In this document: positions 52,201 to 64,000 of the stretch, one piece after another
Position numbering within the stretch: position 1 is the stretch's first letter
Layout of the letters: every line of letters starts with the position of its first letter
Source: Camelus dromedarius
Lineage: Eukaryota
Length of the DNA: 64,000 nucleotides
Direction: 5' to 3'
Assembly: GCF_036321535.1 (NCBI RefSeq)
Contig: NC_087436.1
Span: 1,798,001-1,862,000, forward strand
Program-made: the position numbers and the translations under genes
Notes under the pieces: model-generated
Databases searched by the model: none
The model's input: only the letters and a program-made list of their open reading frames with translations
Told to the model about the DNA's origin: nothing

Positions 52201-55200
52201 AAAAGCTAGGTGAAGGACGGCTTTCACACACACTTATCTCTCAAAACTGAGCATGTGGAGAGACGTTCGTTCACCTAGGAAAAAGGGAACGATTTGCAGG
52301 GGTAATTTTTGCTCTGGTTTCTCAGTAGTTTTCCTAGTGCCATTTGGAAGTTCTTGCAGTTTTCACTGTAATACCGAGTTGGAGCTACTACCTCCCCAAA
52401 TATATGTATGCAGTGGAGTTTGCAACTGAAAAGAAACTTTGTGTTCCCAAAAAGCTAGGTGAAGGACGGCTTTCACACACACTTATCTCTCAGAACTGAG
52501 CATGTGGAGAGACGTTCGTTCACCTAGCAAAAATGGAACGAGTTGCAGTAGTAACTTTTACTCTGGTTTCTCAGTCTGTTTCCTAGTGCCATTTTGAAAT
52601 TCTTGCAGTTTTCACTGTAATAGCGAGTTGGAGCTAGTACCACCCATAAATATGTGTGGAATGGATTTTGCAACTGAAAAGTATCTTTGTTTTCCCAACA
52701 AGCTAGGTGAAGGACGGCTTTCACACACACTTATCTCTCAGAAATGAGCATGTGGAGAGACGTACGTTCATCAAGCACAAAGGGAACGGGTTGCAGGAGA
52801 AACTTTTTCTCTGTTTCACAGTGTGTTTCCTAGTGCAGGTTTGAAGTTCCTGCAGTTTTCACTGTAAAACCGAGTTGGAGCTAGTACCACCCCATATATA
52901 TATATGGAGTGAGGTTTGCAACTAAAAAGAAACTTTGTGTTCCCAACAAGCTAGGTGAAGGGCGGCTTTCACACACAATTATCTCTCACAAGTGAGCATG
53001 TGGAGAGTCATTCGTTCATCTAGCACAAACGGAACGGGTTGCAGGAGAAACTTTTACTCTGGGTTCTCAGTCTGTTTCCTAGTGCCGGTTTGAAGTCCCT
53101 GCAGTTTTCATTGTAAAACCGAGTTGGGGCTAGTACCTACCCATATATATGTATGGAATGGAGTTTGCATCTGAAAAGAAACTTTGTGTTCCCAACAAGC
53201 TAGTTGAAGGCGGCTTTCACACACAGTTATCTCTCAGAACTGAGCATGTGGAGAGACGTTCGTTCATCTAGCACAAATGGAAGGGGTTGCAGTAGAAAGT
53301 TTTTCTCTGGTTTCTCAGTCTGTTTCCTAGTGCCGGTTTGAGGTTCCTGCAGTTTTCACTGTAAAACCGAGTTGGAGCTAGTACCTCCCCATATATATCT
53401 TTGGAGTGGAGTTTGCAACTGAAAAGAAACTTTGTGATCCCAACAAGCTAGGTGAAGTTCGGGTTTCATACACAGTTATCTCTCAGAACTGAGCATGTGG
53501 CGAGACGTTCGTTCATCTAGCACAAAGGGAACGGGTTGCAGGAGAAAGTTATTCTCTGGTTTCTCAGTCTGTTTCATAGTGCCATTTTGAAGTTCCTGCA
53601 GTTTTCACTTTAAAACCGATTTGGAGCTAGTACCTCCCCATATATATATATTGGGTGGAGTTTGCAACTGAAAAGAAACTTTGTGTTCCCAACAAGCTAG
53701 GTGAAGGACGGCTTTCACACACACTTATCTCTCAGAAATGAGCATGTGGAGAGACGTTCGTTCATCTAGCACAAAGGGAACGGGTTGCAGGAGACACTTT
53801 TTCTCTGTTTCTCAGTGTGTTTCCTAGTGCCGGTTTGAAGTTCCTGCAGTTTTCACTGTAAAACCGAGTTGGAGCTAGTACCTCCCCATATATATGTATG
53901 GAGTGAGGTTTGCAACTAAAAAGAAACTTTGTGTTCCCAACAAGCTAGGTTAAGGACGGCTTTCACACACAATTATCTCTCAGAAGTGAGCATGTGGAGA
54001 GTCATTCGTTCATCTAGCACAAACGGAACGGGTTGCAGGAGAAACTTTTACTCTGGGTTCTCAGTCTGTTTCCTAGTGCCGGTTTGAAGTTCCTGCAGTT
54101 TTCATTGTAAAACCGAGTTGGGGCTAGTACCTACCCATATATATGTATGGAATGGAGTTTGCATCTGAAAAGAAACTTTGTGTTCCCAACAAGCTAGTTG
54201 AAGGACAGCTTTCACACACACTTATCTCTCAGATCTGAGCATGTGGAGAGACGTTCGTTCATCTAGCACAAATGGAACGGGTTGCAGTAGAAAGTTTTCT
54301 CTGGTTTCTCAGTCTGTTTCCTAGTGCCGGTTTGAAGTTCCTGCAGTTTTCCCTGTAAAACCGAGTTGGATCAAGTACCTCCCCATATATATGTATGGAG
54401 TGGAGTTTGCAACTGAAAAGAAACTTTGTGATCCCAACAAGCTAGGTGAATGTCGGCTTTCAGACACAGTTATCTCTCAGAACTGAGCATGTGGAGAGAC
54501 TTTCGTTCACCTAGCAAAAATGGAACGAGTTGCAGGAGTAACTTTTACTCTGGTTTCTCAGTCTGTTTCCTAGTGCCATTTTGAAGTTCTTGCAGTTTTC
54601 ACTGTAATACCGAGTTGGAGCTAGTACCTCCCAATAAATATGTGTGGAGTGGAGTTTGCAACTGAAAAGAACTTTGTGTTCCCAACAAGCTAGGTGAAGG
54701 ACGGATTTCACACACAATTATGTCTCAGAACTGAGCATGTGGAGAGTCTTTCGTTCATCTAGCACAAAGGGAACGGGTTTCAGGAGAAACATTTACTCTG
54801 GTTTCTCAGTCTGTTTCCTATTGGGGGTTTGAAGTTACTGAAATTTTCACTGTAAAACCGAGTTGGAGCTAGTACCTCCCCATATATATGTATGGAGTGG
54901 AGTTTGCAACTGAAAAGAAACATGTGTTCCCAACAAGCTAGGTGAAGGACGGCTTTCACACACACTTATCTCTCAGAATTGAGCATGTGGAGAGACGTTC
55001 GTTCACCCAGCAAAAATGGAACGAGTTGCAGGAGTAACTATTACTCTAGATTCTCAGTCTGTTTCCTAGTGCCATTTTGAAGTTCTTGCAGTTTTCACTT
55101 AATACCGAGTTGGAGCTAGAACCTCCCCATAAATATGTGTGGAGTGGAATTTGCAACTGAAAAGAAACTTTGTGTTCCCAACAAGCTAGGTGAAGGACGG

Positions 55201-56309
55201 CTTTCACACACAATTATCTCTCAGAACTGAGCATGTGGAGAGACGTTCGTTCACCTAGGAAAAAGGGAACGAGTTGCAGGTGTAACTTTTACTCTGGTTT
55301 CTCAGTATGTTTCCTAGTGCCATTTGGAAGTTCTTGCAGTTTTCACTGTAATACAGAGTTGGAGCTAGTACCTCCCCATATTTATGTATGGAGTGGAGTT
55401 TGCAACTGAAAAGAAACTTTGTGTTCCCAAAAAGCTAGGTGAAGGACGGCTTTCACACACACTTATCCCTCAGAACTGAGCATGTGGAGAGACGATCGTT
55501 CACCTAGCAAAAATGGAACGAGTTGCAGTAGTAACATTTACTCTGGTTTCCCAGTCTGTTTCCTAGTGCCATTTTGAAGTTCTTGCAGTTTTCACTGTAA
55601 TACCGAGTTGGAGCTAGTACTTCCCATAAATATGTGTGAAATGGATTTTGCAACTGAAAGAAACTTTGTGTTCCCCAGAAGCTAGGTGAAGGACGGCTTT
55701 CAAACACACTTATCTCTCAGATCTGAGCATGAGGAGAGACGTTCGTTTATAAAGCGCAAAAGGAACGGGTTGCAGGAGAAACTTTTACTCTGTTTCTCAG
55801 TCTGTTTCCTAGTGCTGGTTTGAAGTTCCTGCAGTTTTCACTGTAAAATCGAGTTGGAGCTAGTACCTCCCCATATATATGTATGGAGTGGAGTTTGCAA
55901 CTGAAAACAAACTTTGTGTTCCCAACAAGCTAGGTGAAGGACGGCTTTCACACACACTTATCTCTCAGAAATGAGCATGTGGAGAGACGTTCGTTCATCT
56001 AGCACAAAGGGAACGGGTTGCAGGATAAACTTTTACTCTGGTTTCTCAGTCTGTTTCCTAGTGCCGGTTTGAAGTTCCTGCAGTTTTCACTGTAAAACAT
56101 TGTTGGAGCTAGTACCTCCCCATATATATTTATGGAGAGGAGTTTACAACTGAAAAGAAACTTTGTGTTCCCAACAAGCTAGGTGAAGTGCGGCTTTCAC
56201 ACCCAATTATCTTTCAGAACTGAGCATGTGGAGAGTCATTCGTTCATCTAGCACAAAGGGAACGGGTTGCAGGATAAACTTTTACTCTGGTTTCTCAGTC
56301 TGTTTCCTA

Positions 56310-59300
56310 GTGCCGGGTTGAAGTTCCTGCAGTTTTCACTGTAATACCGAGTTGTAGCTAGTACACCCCATATATATGTATGGAGTGGAGTTTGCAACTG
56401 AAAAGAAACTTTGTGTTCCCAACAAGCAAGTTGAAGGACGGGTTTCACACACACATATCTCTCAGAACTGAGCATGTGGAGAGACGTTCGTTCATCTAGC
56501 ACAAAGGGAACGGTTTGCAGAAGAAACTTTTTCTCTGTATTCTCAGTCTGTTTCCTAGTGCCGGTTTGAAGTTCCTGCTGTTTTCATTGTAAAACCGTGA
56601 TGGGGCTAGTACCTACCCATATATATGTATGGAGTGGAGTTTGCATCTGAAAAGAAACATTGTGTTCCCCACAATCTAGGTGAAGGACGGCTTTCACACA
56701 CACTTATCTCTCAGAACTGAGCATATGGAGAGACGTTCGTTCACCTAGGAAAAAGGGAACGAGTTGCAGGTGTAACTTTTACTCTGGTTTCACAGTATGT
56801 TTCCTAGTGCCATTTGGAAGTTCTTGCAGTTTTCACTGTAATACAGAGTTGGAGCTAGTACCTCCCCATATATATGTATGGAGTGGAGTTTGCAACTGGA
56901 AAGAAACTTTGTGTTCCCAAAAAGCTAGGTGAAGTACGGCTTTCACACACACTTATCTCTCAGAACTGAGCATGTGGAGAGACGTTCGTTCACCTAGCAA
57001 AAATGGAACGAGTTGCAGTAGTAACTTTTACTCTGGTTTCCCAGTCTGTTTCCTAGTGCCATTTTGAAGTTCTTGCAGTTTTCACTGTAATACCGAGTTG
57101 GAGCTAGTACTTCCCATAAATATGTGTGAAATGGATTTTGCAACTGAAAAGAAACTTTGTGTTCCCAAGGAGCTAGGTGAAGGACGGCTTTCAAACACAC
57201 TTATTTCTCAGATCTGAGCATATGGAGAGACGTTCGTTTATAAAGCGCAAAAGGAACGGGTTGCAGGAGAAACTTTTACTCTGTTTCTCAGTCTGTTTCC
57301 TAGTGCTGGTTTGAAGTTCCTGCAGTTTTCACTGTAAAACCGAGTTGGAGCTAGTACCTTCCCATATATATGTATGGAGTGGAGTTTGCAACTGAAAAGA
57401 AACTTTGTGTTCCCAACAAGCTAGGTGAAGGACGGCTTTCACACACAAATATCTCTCAGAACTGAGCATGTGGAGAGACCTTCGTTATAAATCACAAAGG
57501 GAACGGGTTGCATGAGAAACTTTTACTATGGTTTCTCAGTCTGTTTCCTAGTGCCGGTTTGAAGTTCCTGCAGATTTCATTGTAAAACCGAGTTGGGGCA
57601 AGTACCTACCCTTATATATGTATGGAATGGAGTTTGCATCTGAAAAGAAACTTTGTGTTCCAAACAAGGTAGTTGAAGACGGCTTTCACACACACTTATC
57701 TCTCAGAACTGAGCATGTGGAGAGACGTTCGTTCACCTAGCAAAAATGGAACGAGTTGCAGGAGTAACTATTACTCTGGTTTCTCAGTCTGTTTCCTAGT
57801 GCCATTTTGAAGTTCTTGCAGTTTTCACTGTAATACATAGTTGGAGCTAGTACCTCCCCATAAATATGTGTGGAGTGGAATTTGCAACTGAAAAGAAACT
57901 TTGTGTTCCCAACAAGCTAGGTGAAAGACGGCTTTCACACACACTTATCTCTCAGAAATGAGCATGTGGAGAGACGTTCGTTCATCAAGCACAAAGGGAA
58001 CGGGTTGCAGGAGAAACTTTTACTCTGTTTCTCAGTCTGTTTCCTAGTGCCGGTTTGAAGTTCCTGCAGTTTTCACTGTAAAACCGAGTTGGAGCTAGTA
58101 CCTCCCCATATATATGTATGGAGTGGAGTTTGCAACTGAAAAGAAACTTTGTGTTCCCAACAAGCTAGGTGAAGGACGGTTTTCAGACACAATTATCTCT
58201 CAGAATTGAGCATGTGGAGAGTCATTCGTTCATCTAGAACAAAGGGAACGGTTTGCAGGAGAAACTTTTACTCTGGATTCTCAGTCTGTTTCCTAGTGCC
58301 GGTTTGAAGTTCCTGCAGTTTTCACTGTAAAACCGAGTTGGAGCTAGTACCAACCCATATATATATGTGGAGTGGAGTTTGCAACTGAAAAGAAACTTTG
58401 TGTTCCCAACAAGCTTGGTGAAGGACGGCTTTCACACACAATTATCTCTCAGAAATGAGCATGTGGAGAGACGTTCGTTCATCTAGCACAAAGGGAACGG
58501 GTTGCAGGTTAAACTTTTACTCTGGTATCTCAGTCTGTTTCCTAGTGCCGGTTTGAAGTTCCTGCAGTTTTCACTGTAAAACCGTGTTGGAGCTTGTACC
58601 TCCCCATATATATTTATGGAGAGGAGTTTACAACTGAAAAGAAACTTTGTGTTCCCAAGAAGCTAGTTGAAGTGCGGCTTTCACACCCAATTATCTCTCA
58701 GAACTGAGCATGTGGAGAGTCATTCGTTCATCTAGCACAAAGTGAAAGGGTTGCAGGAGAAACTTTTACTATGGTTTCTCAGTCTGTTTCCAAGTGTAGG
58801 TTTGAAGATCCTGCAGTTTTCATTGTAAAACCGAGTTGGGGCTAGTACCTACCCTTATATATGTATGGAATGGAGTTTGCATCTGAAAAGAGACTTTGTG
58901 TTCCCAACAAGGTAGTTGAAGACGGCTTTCACACACAATTATCTCTCAGAACTGAGCATGTGGAGAGAGGTTCGTTCATCTAGCACAAAGGGAACGGGTT
59001 GCAGGAGAAAGTTATTCTCTGGTTTCTCAGTCTGTTTCCTAGTGCCGGGTTGAAGTTCCTGCAGTTTTCACTGTAAAACAGAGTTTGGGCTTGTACCTCC
59101 CCATATATATATATGGAGTGGAGTTTGCAACTGAAAAGAAACTTTGTGTTCCCAACAAGCTATGTGAAGGACGGCTTTCACACACACTTATCTCTCAGAA
59201 CTGAGGATGTGGAGAGACGTTCGTTCATCAAGCACAAAGGGAACGGGTTGCAGGAGAAACTTTTACTCTGTTTCTCAGTCTGTTTCCTAGTGCCGGTTTG

Positions 59301-62300
59301 AAGTTCCTGCAGTTTTCACTGTAAAACCGATTTGGGTCTAGTACCTCCCAATATATATTTATGGAGTGGAGTTTGCAACTGAAAAGAAACTTTGTGTTCC
59401 CAAAAAGCTAGGTGAAGGACGGCTTTCACACACACTTATCTCTCAGAAATGAGCATGTGGAGAGACGTTCGTTCATCAAGCACAAAGGGAACGGGTTGCA
59501 GGAGAAAGTTATTCTCTGGTTTCTCAGTCTGTTTCCTAGTGCCGGGTTGAAGTTCCTGCAGTTTTCACTGTAAAACAGATTTTGGGCTTGTACCTCCCCT
59601 TATATATATATGGAGTGGTGTTTGCAACTGAAAAGGAACTTTGTGTTCCCAACAAGCTATGTGAAGGACGGCTTTCACACACACTTATCTCTCAGAACTG
59701 AGCATGTGGAGAGACGTTCGTTCACCTAGCAAAAATGGAACGAGTTGCAGGAGTAACTATTACTCTGGTTTCTCAGTCTGATTCCTAGTGCCATTTTGAA
59801 GTTCCTGCAGTTTTCCCTGTAAAACCGAGTTGGAGCTAGTACCTCCCCATATATATGTATGGAGTGGAGTTTGCAACTGAAAAGAAACTTTGTGTTCCCA
59901 ACAAGCTAGGTGAATGACGGCTTTCACACACAATTATCTCTCAGAACTGAGCATGTGGAGAGTCGTTCGTTCATCTAGCACAAAGGGAACGGGTTTCAGG
60001 AGAAACATTTACTCTGGTTTCTCAGTCTGTTTCCTATTGCCGGTTTGAAGTTAATGAAGATTTCACTGTAAAACCGAGTTGGAGCTAGTATCTCCCCATA
60101 TATATGTATGGAGTGGAGTTTGCAACTGAAAAGGAACTTTGTGTTCCCAACAAGCTAGTTGAAGGACGGCTTTCACACACACTTATCTCTCAGAAATGAA
60201 TATGTGGAGAGACGTTCGTTCATCAAGCACAAAGGGAACGGGTTGCAGGAGAAACTTTTACTCTGTTTCTCAGTCTGTTTCCTAGTGCCGGTTTGAAGTT
60301 CCTGCAGTTTTCACTGTAAAACCGAGTTGGGTCTAGTACCTCCCAATATATATTTATGGAGTGGAGTTTGCAACTGAAAAGAAACTTTGTGTTCCCAAAA
60401 AGCTAGGTGAAGGACGGCTTTCACACACACTTATCTCTCAGAAATGAGCATGTGGAGAGACGTTCGTTCATCAAGCACAAAGGGAACGGGTTGCAGGAGA
60501 AAGTTATTCTCTGGTTTCTCAGTCTGTTTCCTAGTGCCGGGTTGAAGTTCCTGCAGTTTTCACTGTAAAACAGATTTTGGGCTTGTACCTCCCCTTATAT
60601 ATATATGGAGTGGAGTTTGCAACTGAAAAGGAACTTTGTGTTCCCAACAAGCTATGTGAAGGACGGCTTTCACACACACTTATCTCTCAGAACTGAGCAT
60701 GTGGAGAGACGTTCGTTCACCTAGCAAAAATGGAACGAGTTGCAGGAGTAACTATTACTCTGGTTTCTCAGTCTGATTCCTAGTGCCATTTTGAAGTTCC
60801 TGCAGTTTTCCCTGTAAAACCGAGTTGGAGCTAGTACCTCCCCATATATATGTATGGAGTGGAGTTTGCAACTGAAAAGAAACTTTGTGTTCCCAACAAG
60901 CTAGGTGAATGACGGCTTTCACACACAATTATCTCTCAGAACTGAGCATGTGGAGAGTCGTTCGTTCATCTAGCACAAAGGGAACGGGTTTCAGGGGAAA
61001 CATTTACTCTGGTTTCTCAGTCTGTTTCCTATTGCCGGTTTGAAGTTAATGAAGATTTCACTGTAAAACCGAGTTGGAGCTAGTATCTCCCCATATATAT
61101 GTATGGAGTGGAGTTTGCAACTGAAAAGAAACATGTGTTCCCAACAAGCTAGTTGAAGGACGGCTTTCACACACACTTATCTCTCAGAAATGAGCATGTG
61201 GAGAGACGTTCGTTCATCAAGCACAAAGGGAACGGGTTGCAGGAGAAACTTTTACTCTGTTTCTCAGTCTGTTTCCTAGTGCCGGTTTGAAGTTCCTGCA
61301 GTTTTCACTGTAAAACCGAGTTGGGTCTAGTACCTCCCAATATATATTTATGGAGTGGAGTATGCAACTGAAAAGAAACTTTGTGTTCCCAAAAAGCTAG
61401 GTGAAGGACGGCTTTCACACACACTTATCTCTCAGAAATGAGCATGTGGAGAGACGTTCGTTCATCAAGCACAAAGGGAACGGGTTGCAGGAGAAACTTT
61501 TACTCTGTTTCTCAGTCTGTTTCCTAGACCCGGTTTGAAGTTCCTGCAGTTTTCACTGTAAAACCGAGTTGGAGCTAGTACCTCCCCATATATATGTATG
61601 GAGTGGAGTTTGCAACTGAAAAGAAACTTTGTGTTCCAAACAAGTTAGGTGAAGTACGGCTTTCACACACACTTATCTCTCAGAAATGAGCATGTGGAGA
61701 GACGTTCGTTCATCTAGCACAAAGGGAACGGGTTGCAGGTTAAACTTTTACTCTGGTTTCTCAGTCTGTTTCCTAGTTCCGGTTTGAAGTTCCTGCAGTT
61801 TTCACTGTAAAACCGTGTTGGAGCTTGTACCTCCCCATATATATTTATGGAGTGGAGTTTACAACTGAAAAGAAACTTTGTGTTCCCAACAAGCTAGGTG
61901 AAGTGCGGCTTTCACACCCAATTATCTTTCAGAACTGAGCATGTGGAGAGTCATTCGTTCATCTAGCACAAAGGGAAAGGGTTGCAGGAGAAACTTTTAC
62001 TCTGGTTTCTCAGTCTGTTTCCTAGTGCCGGTTTGAAGTTCCTGCAGTTTTCATTGTAAAACCGAGTTGGGGCTAGTACCTACCCTTATATATGTATGGA
62101 ATGGAGTTTGCATCTGAAAAGAAACTTTGTGTTCCCAACAAGGTAGTTGATGACTGCTTTCACACACACTTATGTCTGAGAACTGAGCATGTGGAGAGAC
62201 GTTCGTTCATCTAGCACAAAGGGAACGGGTTGCAGGGGAAAGTTATTCTCTGGTTTCTCAGTCTGTTTCCTAGTGCCGGGTTGAAGTTCCTGCAGTTTTC

Positions 62301-63153
62301 ACTGTAATACCGAGTTGTAGCTAGTACAGCCCATATATATGTATGGAGTGGAGTTTGCAACTGAAAAGAAACTTTGTGTTCCCAACAAGCAAGTTGAAGG
62401 ACGGGTTTCACACACACATATCTCTCAGAACTGAGCATGTGGAGAGACGTTCGTTCATCTAGCACAAAGGGAACGGTTTGCAGAAGAAACTTTTTCTCTG
62501 TATTCTCAGTCTGTTTCCTAGTGCCGGTTTGAAGTTCCTGCTGTTTTCATTGTAAAACCGTGTTGGGGCTAGTACCTACCCATATATATGTATGGAGTGG
62601 AGTTTGCATCTGAAAAGAAACATTGTGTTCCCCACAATCTAGGTGAAGGACGGCTTTCACACACACTTATCTCTCAGAACTGAGCATATGGAGAGACGTT
62701 CGTTCACCTAGGAAAAAGGGAACGAGTTGCAGGTGTAACTTTTACTCTGGTTTCACAGTATGTTTCCTAGTGCCATTTGGAAGTTCTTGCAGTTTTCACT
62801 GTAATACAGAGTTGGAGCTAGTACCTCCCCATATATATGTATGGAGTGGAGTTTGCAACTGAAAAGAAACTTTGTGTTCCCAAAAAGCTAGGTGAAGGAC
62901 GGCTTTCACACACACTTATCTCTCAGAACTGAGCATGTGGAGAGACGTTCGTTCACCTAGCAAAAATGGAACGAGTTGCAGTAGTAACTTTTACTCTGGT
63001 TTCCCAGTCTGTTTCCTAGTGCCATTTTGAAGTTCTTGCAGTTTTCACTGTAATACCGAGTTGGAGCTAGTACTTCCCATAAATATGTGTGAAATGGATT
63101 TTGCAACTGAAAAGAAACTTTGTGTTCCCAAGGAGCTAGGTGAAGGACGGCTT
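56310..63153. repeat. Dispersed block duplication ~56310-57190 vs ~62273-63153 (24-monomer offset, 5963 bp)
   Basis: ORF pairs 56248/62211 and 56994/62957 are offset 5963. Shared markers are gttgtagctagtaca, ggtttcacagtatg and cccaaggagctag. Confidence 0.82.
59220..61500. repeat. Tandem 4-monomer (~996 bp) unit, ~2.3 copies
   Basis: The marker gggtctagtacctcccaatatatattt occurs at ~59334, ~60329 and ~61323. The marker gaagttaatgaagatttcac occurs at ~60047 and ~61042. Confidence 0.85.
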
Positions 63154-64000
63154 TCACACACAAATATCTCTCAGAACTGAGCATGTGGAGAGACATTCGT
63201 TATAAATCACAAAGGGAACGGGTTGCAGGAGAAATTTTTACTCTGGATTCTCAGTCTGTTTCCTAGTGCCGGTTTGAAGTTCCTGCAGTTTTCACTGTAA
63301 AACCGTGTTGGAGCTTGTACCTCCCCATATATATTTATGGAGAGGAGTTTACAACTGAAAAGAAACTTTGTGTTCCCAACAAGCTAGGTGAAGTGCGGCT
63401 TTCACACCCAATTATCTCTCAGAACTGAGCATGTGGAGAGTCATTCGTTCATCTAGCACAAAGTGAAAGGGTTGCAGGAGAAACTTTTACTATGGTTTCT
63501 CAGTCTGTTTCCAAGTGTCGGTTTGAAGTTCCTGCAGTTTTCATTGTAAAACCGAGTTGGGGCTAGTACCTACCCTTATATATGTATGGAATGGAGTTTG
63601 CATCTGAAAAGAGACTTTGTGTTCCCAACAAGGTAGTTGAAGACGGCTTTCACACACAATTATCTCTCAGAACTGAGCATGTGGAGAGAGGTTCGTTCAT
63701 CTAGCACAAAGGGAACGGGTTGCAGGAGAAAGTTATTCTCTGGTTTCTCAGTCTGTTTCCTAGTGCCGGGTTGAAGTTCCTGCAGTTTTCACTGTAAAAC
63801 AGAGTTTGGGCTTGTACCTCCCCATATATATATATGGAGTGGAGTTTGCAACAGAAAAGAAACTTTGTGTTCCCAACAAGCTATGTGAAGGACGGCTTTC
63901 ACACACACTTATCTCTCAGAACTGAGGATGTGGAGAGACGTTCGTTCACCTAGCAAAAATGGAACGAGTTGCAGGAGTAACTATTACTCTGGTTTCTCAG

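Larger units (their letters stand above)
1..64000. repeat. Tandem satellite DNA array, 249-bp consensus monomer, ~258 copies, single orientation (putative centromeric/pericentromeric)
   Basis: The motif gaagttcctgc recurs at 1, 248, 497 ... and e.g. 8182 and 8431 (249 apart). The same motif order continues to the end of the window with no foreign sequence. The centromeric assignment is inference only. Confidence 0.98.

Noticed and set aside
2792..63196. The 60-85 aa ORFs of the ORF track as genes
   Set aside because: All are about one monomer long, occur on both strands and in several frames, and open or close with random SNPs and indels. They resemble no protein family, and their recurrence only reflects repeat duplication.
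1..64000. CRISPR-like array
   Set aside because: There are no unique spacers: the full 249 bp is repeated, and there are no cas genes or leader.

Overview
The whole 64 kb window is one uninterrupted, head-to-tail tandem satellite array of about 258 copies of a 249-bp monomer (about 45% GC; small 1-2 bp indels in some copies). Consensus read by eye: gaagttcctgcagttttcactgtaaaaccgagttggagctagtacctccccatatatatgtatggagtggagtttgcaactgaaaagaaactttgtgttcccaacaagctaggtgaaggacggctttcacacacacttatctctcagaactgagcatgtggagagacgttcgttcatctagcacaaagggaacgggttgcaggagaaacttttactctggtttctcagtctgtttcctagtgccggttt. I see no genes, transposon insertions, inversions or unique sequence; all listed ORFs are chance translations of the repeat. 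The organisation resembles a eukaryotic (peri)centromeric satellite, but I do not recognise the family or species, and centromere function cannot be shown from sequence alone. The array is layered. About 1-28 kb is young and made of nested near-identical higher-order duplications (7-, 30/29- and 33-mers). About 28-35.5 kb holds diverged relatives of the same units. About 36.7-49.2 kb carries a different variant set (16-, 18/19- and 8-mer duplications), and about 49.2-64 kb is a more heterogeneous mosaic. The most interesting feature is inside the monomer: a 97-bp imperfect fold-back whose mismatches are largely G-T (wobble-compatible on the + strand), plus several smaller dyads. Several rearrangement junctions map into this fold-back. 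Alignments were done by eye and with ORF-track offsets, so block ends are approximate. I found no protein-coding or CRISPR-like system.
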